A stretch of DNA of 64,000 nt, taken from the NCBI GenBank assembly GCA_002633005.1, contig NMRA01000169.1, positions 48,277 through 112,276 of the forward strand, in the 5' to 3' direction. Made by a program: the position numbers and the translations under genes. Source of the DNA: Phoronis australis. Lineage: Eukaryota > Animalia > Phoronida. Under the pieces are notes generated by a model. That model had not been told where the DNA came from and did no database searches. It saw only the letters and a list, made by a program, of their open reading frames with translations. This document shows positions 24,750 to 38,800 of this stretch, piece after piece; the first letter of the stretch is position 1, and every line of letters starts with the position of its first letter.

Positions 24750-25480
24750 ACCTGAGGTATGGATCCACCTCAGTGGGCTCGGGTTTTGGAGGTCGTACTG
24801 GATCAGGGCCGAAACGACCAATGAAGATTCCTAACCAGCTGAAGACGAGAGACGCTCAGCAGCAACGACAGCGCTGTTTAAAAGTAAGTTACTGTCTGAA
24901 GACATCCAGTGGCTTCTGGGGAAGACCAGATGACAACTTGGAAAGGCAAGTGGCACCTGGCATAGACCGGACGGGGCAGATGGGTTTGCAGCCCAATCCT
25001 GCGGTCGATCTTCAAGATCGACACCCACAAAGCTTGCTACAAGTTACTTTAATGAAGAATACCCCCAGGGTTCTGCGAGAGCGGGGATGGAACAGGAACC
25101 CAGAGACAGCTTTTTGACGGTGACGACCATCGACAGCCAAAGGGCTACGACAAAGAACAACGACAACACTTGCAGCGTCTGTGGGAAAGTGTGCAAGAAT
25201 GCAAGAGGAGTAAGAATACACCAGGATTAAATGGAGTGTTTACAGCGTCAACGCTTATTAGGAACTGGCAGTTCCACTAGTAAGACGGTAGGACACAGCA
25301 ACCAGGTACAAAGCCACAGTGTTACTGACTCCAGAGAGCCTGTCCAAGGGACGATAAGGGCATAGATGTACTTTCCTGCATCTGATGGCGCTGCTGAACT
25401 ACATGTAGAAGACGATGATGTTTTTAACCCCATGTCTAATTCCGATGCCCTGGATGCAGCCAGCAGGGATACCGACAGAG
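24750..25480 (+). mobile_element. 5' fragment of an R2-group (HERO-like) non-LTR retrotransposon, decayed
   Basis: ATG MKNTPRVLRERGWN at 25052, then after a frameshift CSVCGKVCKNARGVRIHQD*MECLQRQR..SKTVGHSNQVQSHSV, resembling the N-terminal zinc-finger region of HERO-clade ORFs. No RT domain present. The right boundary is uncertain. Confidence 0.6.
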
Positions 25481-28400
25481 CTATCGTGTAAACTAACACA
25501 GATGAGTATGGAGGGGGCCAAGTAGCTGAGGAGTCAGCGGATGAAGATCTAGTGACAGAATTTGTAGTAGGGTCGCAACAGGGGGGCTCATTGGGAAGTG
25601 GGCAGAAAGGTCCGCGTGTAAGAAACAAGTCCGCCGGCCATTTTGTAGCCAAAAGGTCCACAACGTTAGGAATTCGAGCCCCCCATATTGGAGGCTGGGG
25701 GCGCGCATGTAAAAATCTTACGAAATAACTTGAAACAACAAGAGACAGCAATTAATGTTTCAGATTTTGTTCAAAACATTGACTTACTACCCAGACATAA
25801 TGCCTTGTAGCTTGATGTTTGGGAACGGTCAAAACATGCTAATTGCACTTTTGAAAGGACCTTCAGAAAATATGTAGAAGAATCGTCTTTGATATTTCTA
25901 AACAATAAGGCATATGGTGAGGATTTTTTGTGAGGGGGGGCTCGGCTGTGTGTGCGTAGTCATAACTTTGCGGAATCTCCAAATTTACATTGCGTGCGAT
26001 ACTGGGAGGAGGGCCAAAGACTATCCCGGTGCCTACCATCTGACGTCACCACAGAAACAGAAACAGAAACATAACTTTGCGACATTCATTAATCGATGTA
26101 AGAATGTTTTGGTGATGCATATGTCAAAGGTATTACATGTATATGCGACAGATAATCTGATTGGTAAATGAGATTGTGAAATCAACAGATCTTTCCTGGT
26201 TTACTTATGGACGGCGCACTATTGGGGGCAGGGAGAGGAGATGCCTCTCTAGTATTCATGCCATTGTCAGATATAATATTCATGTGAACTATGCAGTTAT
26301 TTTTTTAACCAAACATGAGAAGTATTGCCTAAGAAAAAGTGAAATTTTTAGGCTCAGTCTCAAGTTGCGCAATCTGTAATGTTGCAAAGCTGAGATAGCG
26401 CGATAAAATAAACAAAGCAACTCACGTAGTGAAATATTGTCAGGTTATGCTTTTATGATTTACTTTCTTGTGACAGTGCAAAATGCTTTAATTAAGTGTT
26501 GAACTTACTTCATTGAAAAATCATATCAACATTCGTTATTAAGATACTTAACGTGTGTGTGCCTATGCGTGTGCGTTGCCCTTGTATTACGGATTTCAAT
26601 GATGTTTTAACGAGTGCTTGCATTTGCCCAAAGGAGCAATCAATTAGATTTGAGAGGGTTTAGTATCTTCAAGAATCCTCTCTAATTATATACAACCAGT
26701 CAAGGGCTGGAGGTTGAATAGCCTTTATAAAATTTTGGGCACCTACTACATATGTTTATTTGTATATTATATTGACGTGTATGTGTAAGGAAAATATCCT
26801 TAGCGTGAGGTCGGTTGCATAAAACAGGAATTCACATTTTCTACTCATTCAAGTACTTGTATTTTAGTAGATTAGTTCATTAAGTTTCCCCGGCTTTGAA
26901 AGGATGCAAAGAATTTTACCCGGGTTGCAGAAAACGCGAAAAGTCTTGATCCTATTTTTGTGCAACCTGGTCCAGATTTTTTTGGGCTTGCCACTGAAGT
27001 CACCCACATGTACACAATCCTGATGACTCTCGCTTTCTAACTTGACTCACGTTTTGGACATGAAAAACCCACGTCAAGTTTTATTGTGCTTTAATATTAC
27101 GTCTTCTTAATTTTCTATAATATCATAGGGAAATTCGCGAATTTAAAAACGCTTACTGACTTCGAAATCTTTGGGAAATTTGACGGATAACACATCTTTT
27201 TAAAGTGTAAATGTATTGCAAATTTTGCCTGCGTATGACGCAGTTAAACAGCCCTTCCTCTAGCTGTGCGGCTTGCGTTAAATTAGAGTTTCACGCGTAT
27301 TCATATAATTGAAAAATTAAAGCACTTTTCAATCAAAAATTGATCAAATATTTGGCAATCGTTCATCTGGAAGAGTTCAGAATAGTGATTCACGGGATAC
27401 GTTCAGAGCTATGAATTGTGGATTCGACGAATTTTGGTACTTCTGTCTTTTTAGTGGACTCTTGACGCGTTTTCTACATTTTTCGGAGTTTTTATTTCTC
27501 TGAGGCGGACCCTTTTGCCTCCTTTGCCAAATGGGGGCCTCCTTCGAGCCTTCAGAGCTCCCCTGTTTGCACGTATGGTCACTGCTACATCCTCCTCTTT
27601 GTTGTGGCATTGAGCCGGAGGAGAAGGCCTGTACTAGGTGCTAGACACGGGAGAAATGAGCGGTCTTCGCTTGTCGACCATAGTAGAAACCAAGTTTTCA
27701 ACATGACTTGACGCCTCTATAGTATTTAATCTATAATATCATGCAAAATTCGGTTTAATCTCATAATATACCCTTATGTAAAGTTTCGATGAAATCTGTC
27801 AATTTTTTACATATCATCCGGAAACGCTCTTCCCTCAAAACTAGATGATGTTCCTTGACTCCAGGGGCGGGACATATTGAAAGTAGATGATCTGTTGAAG
27901 TGTGCAAAATTTCATCAAAATACGACCAGAGGTTTTTGAGATAAGGGTCCATTTGCACAATGTGAAATGTTTTTTCAAACACACATTTGTTATTTGAGCG
28001 GGTCTATGTCTCTGAATGGCATGTAGCTGTGTTAGTGCCAACTATGTTGGAGGGGGTTATTGAATCTATGTTTCGTCAGTAATTATGTAGCCATAAACCA
28101 AACACGAATTATTGAATTCTAGAAACCGGTTTCACAACTGCCCTCAATTACGATGGGAACTGTTTTCCATTACAAACCAAAGATAACATCAACGATTTAA
28201 AAAACTCAAAATTTCTGTTTGACCGATTAACAGTGGAATTGCGAACTTGAAAATGGCGCCTTGTTTTAAACTACAGCCGACGACTGATACGTCCGCAAGT
28301 TAGGAATCGGTGAATGCAGTAGATCTAGTTAAACATAAACAGCTTTCGTTTCAAATCCACTGACAATTAAAATACAGCGAACCCTTTTTAGTTGAAACAG

Positions 28401-29301
28401 CATGTGTCTTTTATAACGATATAAGCGGTAAACATAAACAATACGTGTCGATCACTTACTCAGATAATCAGCCATGCAAATTCTCAAAACATGAAAGATT
28501 TTGGGGTGCGGCAATATGTGTCCAGGGCGACGATACATGTTGTCACAATGTGATGGCACACATTTTCGCCCCCTTAAGTGTTTTACCGAAATAGCATGGG
28601 TGAGGCCTACGAGAGAACCTAAGCGAAGGGTTTTAAGCGAAGGGATTCGCAACCTACTGTAGACCTCCGACATAGGACTCTCCCGGTAAATGAGATGGAT
28701 GTGACAGGAAATCCGAATGCAGAGCTAGAGATCGAGTTAGAGGGTAACCGAGAGTTTGAGGGAGCAAACGTTAGTACCCAAGTTGATCCTATTTGCAATG
28801 CCAACGCTCCTAAAAGCGAGGCCGGCATCAGGCGCAGTTATCGTCGTAACAGCTATCCAACGATTCTTTTCCCCGTTCAACGTACTACAACTTCCTTTTC
28901 GACTTTCTTACAATTTGGTGGGCCTCCCCCAGTTTCTGGATTCACCTGTGTCAAACCTTTCAATACAGTTGAATAGGCGACAAGATACCGGGCCTTTTCG
29001 AAAACGTTCGTTCTATGGAATAGACCAAGAGCCCAAAAAGAGCTGTTTCGAAAATTGACTCTTTCGGAAATATGCGTCACTGCTTATTTTGCCGTGGAAT
29101 TTCAAGTCTTGTTACAAACGAAACGTTCCATTTTTTCGGAAACGTGGCTACTGCAACAAATTTCTGACGACTGCCCTATTAACAACAGGTGATCTATATT
29201 TTATCGGTCCTTATAAAAATATAAAGGAGCATTGGAATGTTGGTATCCGCCCACCATGAGGTCTTTTCCGCAACTTGCTTCCAAAAGTGCCACCATGAGA
29301 G

Positions 29302-29307
29302 TTTATT
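29302..29307 (-). terminator. Candidate polyadenylation signal AATAAA of the mosaic gene
   Basis: tttatt on the + strand, ~370 nt downstream of the stop at 29675. Confidence 0.35.
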
Positions 29308-29674
29308 TTGGTGGGGTATCTTTCTGAAGTAAATTGTGTACCTATTTCAGAGGTGGTGCCTGCCGCAAGTTAGACTTACTAATTGATAAAGGAAGCACCG
29401 CTAATGAGTGGTGACGCTTTTCGCTCACGCTTTTCCATAGATCCGGTGTGGTTCAAAGTAAGGATCAAACGTGAGTCAGCATTGGTAGACTACGCACAGG
29501 TACGCATGTACAGAATGGTTGTGAGTTTTTGTATATTTTCATCGTTGCCATGTAGTCTACTAGTGAATGTTGGTATGATCACCACCTAATTTAAGCGTCG
29601 AAACTGCCGAGTTTCAACAAAATTGTATCATTGCGTATTTCAAACTGAAATTACCAAGAAACTGTTTTGCTTAT

Positions 29675-29858
29675 TCACACAATGTTTGGAACTGCAAGAA
29701 TTCCAGCTTGGAATCCGTTATAACCAAACTCAGCAGACGCATCGGTGGTAAAGCGAATGCGGATTTCGGTAGGTTTCTGGACTAAGTAATCCATCTCCGT
29801 CAGCGCCTCCCGTCCGCACAGAATCCTCGTCTTGCTGGTGTCCGATTCATCGGAGTAA
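29675..29858 (-). CDS. Exon 22 (last): second half of CUB2 plus stop
   Basis: tttccag acceptor; (S)[44 protein letters not shown]. Confidence 0.85.
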
Positions 29859-32800
29859 CTGGAAAGGAACAGCACCAAACAGTGAAACAATGTTTTGAGT
29901 TTATTAGCATAAAAATATTTTATGAGCGACAAGGGTCATCGCAACAGCTTGTCAAAAGCACCTAGCTCCCGGGGGTGTTCACACACATTTACTGTAATTC
30001 CATTTAACTTAAGTGAAATAACAAACCTTCAGTTTGAGATGAAACTAAGACCAGTTTTCAAACGGCAAGTGTCCGACATTAAAATGTTAACTTTTAAGTT
30101 ATAAATGACTTTAATTCCGTATAATGAATATTTTTATTAAAAAATTTAACACAATTCCAAGAACGGCCCCATTTACGATACTCACAGACAACAATCTATA
30201 AATCTACCATAAAATAGCCCCAGAGGAGTAAGGGAACTTAGCCGTGGACGTAAGAATCTCGGGAAACCAATGTCATCCCGTGCAACGCACGTAAATCATG
30301 GCAATATTTAACTAAGCCGTCTAGAGTTCTCGCGAGGTTCTTGCGTCTATAAGAAACTGCCTTGTTGTTGAATTGTAGGTAACACAATAGTTGGTCACGG
30401 GATATTTGTGAGGTAAGATTCACTAAACACGGCATCAAAACAACCAGTTGTTGACGTTTCGTTAGTTCACTATCAAACTTATTTCTATACCTTTGATGTT
30501 TGGACTTAAAGAATTGTGTTCCAATGTGACAAGTAAGCTAAAGTAGAGCACGTAAAGTTGGCTTCAAATAAGAAGATTGAAGTTAATCGTAAAAGAAGGT
30601 GAGGTTACACAACTTTACATTTACCTGTAAATTTCCACGCTATCTTTGCATGATCCAGAAGAGTCTCGAGGTAAAAGGTCAAAGTCTGTAAACTTTATTT
30701 TGAAATGCCCGTCGCCGACATGTTGCGCCGTCCAGATGCACTCTAGTTCAGTTGGGTAGGAATTTCCTCCGAATCCAGGTGATTCGGCAATGAAACCGTC
30801 CCCTGTTTTCAAGTTGGCTACTTTCGGGGAGCAAACCGCAACTTTAAGACAAAAATTACATCGTCGACATCGGTGCATTCTTGTTTTTTATCCACATTTT
30901 AATGTGAATTAATGTGTGTTTGCTGGTAATTCACCATGAATCTACTTTTGTTCGGATATATTGAACCCTTCTTTAACGTAAAAGACAATTACGGTTGAAA
31001 GTACTGGCGTCAAAATTGTGTTTATTTTCTTTTTCAAATTTTATACATGCGTAATAGCCAAATAAGCTTTGAGCTGATTAAAGAAATCAGCACACTCTTA
31101 TTTCTTTAATAAGAACAAAATGCAGTTCAAAAAGTTACATTTTACGATAATTACTGGCTTCCTTGTTCTTGAAGAGGTAGAAGATAAGAGGAACTTAAGA
31201 TTCACCTGTCGTGCTCGAAACTTCCACTACAGTGGTTTCAGCGGGTCTGGTGGGTGCATCAGTTTCAGACTGTGGGGTGTTTGGTGCTGCCGGGGTGGAA
31301 GAGGGAACGCTAGGACTTTGAGTTGTGGGATCAGGCTTTGTTGGCGCAGATGTTTCTGCTTCAGTGGGTGCGTCAGTGTTTGGTTCAGGTTTTGTTGGTG
31401 CAATAGTATTTGAAGTCTCGGTGGAGGCCTCGTGGGTGATCGGAATCTTTGTTGATGGTGCAACTGTTGTTGGATCATGGGTGGACGGTTCAGGATTTGT
31501 TGGTGCAACAGTTGTGGGAATCTTCGAAGGGGTTTTAGGTGTTATCAGCGCTTCAGTCGAGGGCTCCACAGTTGTCGGAGCTTCACTGGATGGTTCAGGC
31601 GTTGTCGGAGCATGTGTAGAAGGCAAATCGGTTGACGAATGTCGAATTGTCGGGGCAAGTGTTGTCGGTGAAGGTTTGGTCGAGGTTGTGGACGACTCGG
31701 TGGTCCACGATAAAGGTGTTGATGGTTCTGGCGACGGAGTGGACGGTGGCAGCGTCGCGAGTTTTGTGGTTGTCTCCATTGTTGTTGTTGTTTGCGTAGA
31801 CGGTTGACCTAAATAGAATGGATTCTCGCGGATATTATTTTTTTGTAAATGATGTACTGGATTCTCGTTTGAAGAGGTTTCTCAGGGGAAAAGCAGCTAG
31901 GTTGATATCTGGTTCGAAGTCACAAATACAATAACTTGGGCAGTTTTGGAGATATTACTATAAGCAGTATTGACTTCAACAGTATTTCTGAATCTAATAA
32001 GCCAATGAGCACCTAATACCTTTGTTGATATTTTGTATCTTATCTTAAAATTGTTTTGGAAATGGGAACTAAAGGCCACATTCCAAATTCAGTTCTCTTT
32101 TTATCAGAATGCTCAACTGACGTAGATCTTGAAAACATTTTGCAGAGCAAAGAACAATCTTAGCGCCCACTCGACTTGCCATTCTTCATTTCAAAGTCAC
32201 TAACCAACGTACAAGAGCAAATCTTTATCATTATAAAGACGGTTACCACCACAATTTTCTATTAATGTTTAAATGTACTAAGCACTCTGACGGCAATATA
32301 ACTACTCTTCTTACGTATAGCTTTCACACGTTGTGACATTTCCAGCCCACTGCCACAAATAAGATCATTCACGCTGCAAGTGCGATGGCACCATAAATTA
32401 AATATATAAATTGCTGGTTACTTCTCCGCCTTTCACCGTAAAATGTCCTTCAATCACTTGCTACGCGCCTATACAAGGCTTTTAAAACACACATATTCAC
32501 AACTTACTCTTGCAGCCTTCTTCAAGTTTGATGTCATCCAGTCGAACAAAGTTGTAGTTCTTCGAAGGATACATGGTGGCCTCAAAGGCAAACTGGAACG
32601 AAAACGTTATGCAAAACACCATTCTGCCGCCTATCTTAAATGGCGATTAATTTGAAGCATGAAACGATGTCATGACGGTTTCTTTTGTTTTCTTACAATA
32701 GAAACAAAAGCTGATCACCATGACAATTCATGTATAGACTAGTACACTTCTGTACCAATGCTTCATTGCCATGACATTGTGTATCTAAATAATACGTCTG

Positions 32801-35800
32801 TACTAGTGATTGCTCTCCATGACAATGCCTATATAGGACATGTCTACACCAGTGACTGATCTCTATGAAAATGCATATATAGTACATCTCCGTACCAGAG
32901 ACCCTTCGCTATGACTACGCATATTTAGCACATGCCTGTACCAGTGACTCTGGTGTCAAAGGTAAAATGCACGATTTTTCCCAAGTTTGTAAAACCACGT
33001 GTTGATATAATTTGGAATACTCACACTCACTGGAAATCTATTGAACTCTGTACTCAAACATAGGATAAAACCTGTCTCACAGTTCACCAAATTAAAAGAA
33101 TGACCGCCACATTGTCTTGTGATGTGTACAGCAGAATACAAAGACAGTTTCAGTGCCACATATCCATTAGCCGTTAAGTCCGCTGTCTTTGAATGTGTCC
33201 ATAAAAAGACTTATTGTTAACTGAGATTTAGAAAGGATCTTTCAGTCTAGCCTCTTGACAAACAAATATTATATTTCTGTAACAATGGAACCATGACACC
33301 TGAACACTGCAAGAATACTCACCGTCATGTAGGAGTATGGTTTAGCAGTTACTTCAACCTCAACGTCCGTCCAGGTGTTGCCGTTGGGCATGGACAGGTC
33401 CTTCAGTAGGACTTCCTGGTGAGAACTGAACAGAGCTCGGTCGAGTTTGTACACCTGTAGTGTTCCTGTAGACAGAGGCAAATGTATGAGCAGTAATTCT
33501 TTTTATCGTCCAACAAAAGTTGATCAAACCCGGCCTATACAGAACTCACATTGACATGCAGCCAAGCTAACCATCTGTGTTTGGTGTCATAAAGAAACTC
33601 GATTTCCACCGTTTGACATTTTCTATTCTACATTAGCACGAACATAAGATAAACGCCAATAATTCTGTGGTACAATGGCCATAGCTTACTGATCCACATT
33701 TGTCATTCATTGATAATCCAGTGTTCAGTTAACCATAAGCAATGTATCTCATTCTCTGTTGAACAGTTTTGGGTAAAATTATTGCTTTCCATCAAAGTCT
33801 TCCCACAATACCACATTATTCTAAATTATTTTACATGCATCTAGTTGAAAAAAAAACACTAACCGCTTCCGGCAAGAGAATATTTGAACTTCAATGTGTA
33901 ACAGCTCAGAGTTGGGTGGAATTCTCTGCTGAGAAGGCGAGTCTTGCGCATTCTAGTTCCCTGATTGGTTTGAACTACAGCGCTTTGACCACTGTCTGAG
34001 CGTGTCAAGACCCAGCTCAACTTGTCCTTTGAAGTCTCCCTAAGTCCACAATATCCCTGCTCGAAATCACACTGGACTGGATCTGCAAGTTACAACGTGG
34101 GACTTTACGAAGGGATCTCTGCTTAAAACAGCGCGTCCAACAGCATCATTAAAGTACGCCATCTTATCAACTTCAAATCAGTGAGCATGTGCGAGATATT
34201 ACACACCCAGTTTGGTGGGTATGAATTCACATGAAGTTGATGAAAAATCATGTCAGCTCGACTTCATATCAACCCTTTGCATCATATCGCGCTACTTCTA
34301 TTACTTCGCAGAAATGGTGATATGAATTTACATCGTTTATGATAGACTATGTTGCCTGTGTGCTTACAACGAAAAATATTACACAAAAATGGGCCAACGT
34401 TTCTTCCATAATTCAATGCTCGAAAAAACCCAAAATCTCAGCAAGATCGTGTCTCACATTAGCATAGAGTTACGGGATTATGTCAAATTTTCAATCCCAT
34501 TAATTAACCCTGACTAGGGAAGGTACAGTTGACCTAGGAGAGGCGCAACCCTTTTGTATACCAAATTCATAGTGTTTAAGGGTAACGAAGCTGTCTTACC
34601 AACACATTTGATCGGAGTACCCGACCATGTACCGTCCACTTGGCACGTGCGCTGAAGACTTCCGCTGAAACCGTTGACCGTCTGCACGCCGTAGAGGCAA
34701 GTGAAACGGACAATAGACCGGTAGATGGTGTCCTGGCCAAACTTCTTACCGAAAGATGGCGTTTCAATGGGTCCGCAATCGGGAACTAGAAGAATGAAGT
34801 TAAGGGTCTCACAAAAGCAAACTCCGAGACAGCTATGGAGCAATGGCGCTCTAGAGTTTTAAGCACATTTTCATTCCAAAACGCAGCGATTCTGGATTTT
34901 ATGTTATCAAATTCCGATAAATGCATAGCAAACAGTTTCGTATGGGCGATTATTTATGCAAAAACATCAAATTGTATATTCAATTCCATTCAATGAACTC
35001 AAAGCCGACTGTATGACAATTCAATCCTGTCTTGTGCATTCAACGCTATTACATTAATTAATCCACACTCGTGGACTCCATATGGCGAATTCAATGGTGT
35101 TTTGTTTATTCTAACCTGTTTTGTGAATTCAATGCTGTTTAACCAATTCTGTTTTTTCTATCCTATTGTCTTTATAATGAATTCACTCCCGTTTCATGAA
35201 TTCAATCCAGTCTCATCTATTGTGTTTCGTCAATCCTAGCGGCCTACAGGCGAAACCAATAACGTCGTGAATTCAATCCCACTTTGCCGATTATGTTTCG
35301 TCAATCCTAGCGGCCTATGGACGAAACAAATGTGTCGAAATGTGCGCTTGCGTTTGATTTTCCCGGTTGTCTACTCGTTGTGTCAGGCAAGCAGTAAACA
35401 TGGTTACTAAGGCCATTTTCATCCCTCAAAAGATTGGCTGCGCGTGACAGGCAAAGCCGCATCTTCTAGTTTTGGAACATTCAATATTAACCGAATCAAA
35501 TGCTCCACCTTATTCCGTTGCGTTTCTTGACGACATGTTCTTAAAGTCTCTATTGCCAGAGTAAATAGTCTTGTCGTCAACGTCTCCAGCTTGTGGTTAT
35601 CGCCACAGAATGCATGTCCTCAGTGATGCATGCACAGGCGCAAGTGCGATATATTAGTTGTGTCATTAGGCCGCCAGGATTGACGAAACAGAATCAATGA
35701 AACTGCATTAAATTCAACAGAATCGATTAAACAGCATTGAATTTACAAAACATGATAGAATATACAAAACAGCATTGAGTTCACGATATGGAATCCAGGA

Positions 35801-38800
35801 GTGTGGATTGAATTGGTGCAATAGCAATGAATGCTCAAGCTAGGATTGAATAGCGGAGTTGCAACGCCACCATATTGGAAATGGGTCAGAATGTTGCATT
35901 GTGGATAAGCCGGTAAACAAGTACGTCGGCAAGCGTGGGGGAACAGGCCTCAGGGATGTTATAGGTGTTGTGTGCTTGGCTGCTATAATACCAGTTAGCG
36001 AGATAAAGAATTTAGTTACCACCTGTTTCCCAAGGATCAAGAACTGCGTTAAACATGGGTCAGACACATCGGTAGAGCTGGTAGCAAAGGCCGGCTTAGT
36101 GAATTATTTCCGACTTCGCAGCATAAAGTATGCAACAACAATATTTCCCATAAAAGAAACAGTAACAAATACTCCACGGCGGATGGTAGTGAAAAAAAAA
36201 CTTGTTTTCGCTTGACCAGAACCAAGCCAAAATGAGCAATTTTGAGGATAATGCCTGTGCACAATCACCTCTTCTGGGTCGACTCACTTAACGTACGCAC
36301 ACTATATGCATCAACGCGCTAAGATAAAGCATGCAGAATATTATTATTTACTTTCTACAAAATTGTGGTGCGTTTCCATCAAAATTACGATCAATTTTCA
36401 GAAAATTGTGCTGAAATCCCAGGGTGAAATCTCGAAGACAAATGCCGTAGCTGCCGGTCTCGCAATCGTCGATAGGGCTTGAATTCTTGAATAAGAATAC
36501 AGCTTCGACTCAACAAATTACCTGAAATTCTCCTCAAGTTTTCCAAATAGCGTCTCTAAGATTTTTAAGTACTTGTGAAGTCTGGATTAACTGCAGATGA
36601 CGTTCAAATCAGCGCTAGATTGTAGCCCGCAACACGAGAAAAATCTCTGGAGGAACACACATGTTGTTGTGACTTGACGTTTGTTTTGAAGTTTGTATGC
36701 GTGTGTGTGAGAGTAAGCGTGCGTGTGCTTGTCGTCAGAGTTCATTTGCCAGAGTAAATGCAAAGTAATGATCTAGGTGTGCATTAGAAACTAACTCAAG
36801 CAGTCAAGCAGATTATGTTTTAATATTTAGTTTAGCACTTGCTGGCCTCATCTGCTAAAAACGTTCTAGAATTGTTTCGGTAAGACCAAGAAGTCACTCA
36901 TTGAGTCGCCGGGTGGGTGGATGCGTGACCGTAGTGGAAAAGCTATTTCCCGGAAGATTCGGGGTGTAAGGGTGCGGAAGTGTTCGCTAGCAGTGGGTCA
37001 TTTTGACCTTAAAAACACCAATTATTATTAGTTAAACAATTTCTCCTAAAAATAATGCAAAAGATTGTACGGTATTAGAAACTTTCGGAAATTAGTGCCA
37101 ATAATTTCTTGCCGATGCTATGTTACCCGTTTCATGAATAGATAGTTCCCGACTAAATGTCTTCAATGACAGCCGGTACATTATGCAGTGCGCACTTCTT
37201 GGCCGCGTGCTAACACTGGTCGTGTTTTTTTATTAGTCTTCGATTCACGGTTTTCACGTGTACAAAGAAGTTTGGATTCCTGTTGAAGCTGGAGAAGATC
37301 TGTACTGGAAAGAAACCATGCAATCCCGCTCACAAGTACGCTGCGTCTGTTTTCAAAGTCCAGACCCGCGTAATGGGGCACATCCCTCACAAGAGCAGCA
37401 AAACTTTTGCGTTCTTTTTGAATCGCGGCGTAAGTTTTAAATGTACACGGACATAACGGTGAGGCTCGTGGTCTACAAATTTTGGACTGTCGGATCTTTC
37501 AATTGATAAATTGGAGACGTTAGAACTATAGGATGGCATTTTCCGCATGTAGTTCATAGGCTGGGCGCTTACTTTAGCGCGTTGGGGCCCTTATTGGGGC
37601 ATGGGCCCTTATTAGGGCAAATAGCGACAGAATTACATACAGCAGCGTAGTTTAATGCACACCACTCACACGTGGTGCAAACCAGTCGGCCATTCCACAT
37701 ACCCTAATCAATCCCAATAGCCTTTGCGCGTACCCTAATTTCGGACATGCGCAATCGTTACTGACCTATCGCCAGCATTCTTGACGCACCTTCACTTCGA
37801 AGCTGCCATTTAACGCGACAAATAACACGCTGCCGGGTACAACTTGATGTTTGTGTGTCGATATTTTGCAAGGAGGAGGAGCTTGCGATAGGTCAATTGG
37901 CATTGGGTTTAATTATTAAATGGAATTGAATATACAATGATGTTTTTTGCAGAAATGGCCGTCCATAGTTTCGCGTAGCCGCTCTACGAGACCAAATCAA
38001 CTTAGAGTTTTGTCAGAAGCATGATCTTAACTACCGTCATTTTTTATTATTATTATCAGCGTGCTTATTGACTGCCTTACCGTCACAGGTCGGATTTTCC
38101 CCCGACCAGGTACCATTGGCCTGGCAAAATCGCTTGGCTGGGCCCTTCAGTTGATATTCCAGGTCGCATTGGTACTTCGCAATGCTGCCGAATGTGACGG
38201 ACTTCAGCTTCACATAACCGTTGGTAGGCTGACCAAGTGGTGGGCAAGATTTCACTGCAATCGAAAATGCCGTAAATTTGGAAAATTTGTTGAATTGTTT
38301 TGTCTTAGAAACAAACATGTCTACTTTCATTCTATAATTTCAACGTTTCCTCAGCAATTCACATGCTTAAGGTAAATATCAACTTGCAGTCGGTGATGTG
38401 CACTGAAATATCCACAACTAGATTTCAACACGAAATTCTGAGTGACCGCGACTTGTGGGGTGAAATGATTAACCACAGGTCAGCTCATTGAACAAACAAG
38501 TGAGGTCAATCGTAAAACTAAAATCTGTGTCAACCTCATACTGTAAGTAATTGGCAATGGGCGTTTTTGCAAAGAGAGTCATGCAACCTGGTTGTGTCTT
38601 CTCCTATCCTACTCTGCGTGGTGTCACATGATTTGGTCTATCTGTACAAAAATCAATGCCTGAAGCGAACCTGAGAGCCAGCAGTTGACCCATACCAGTG
38701 GTATTTGACTTAATCCCGGATGTCAGAGAATCTTTTGTGAACGAACGCATTACTGGCTCCATACGTACATGTACACTGGGGTACGGACGCGCTCCAAGTG

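Noticed and set aside
25248-25751. 167-aa minus-strand ORF
   Set aside because: Antisense to the HERO-like fragment and runs into repeat sequence.
28452-29080. Cluster of 70-100 aa ORFs on both strands
   Set aside because: No domain motifs; consistent with chance in a slightly GC-richer patch.
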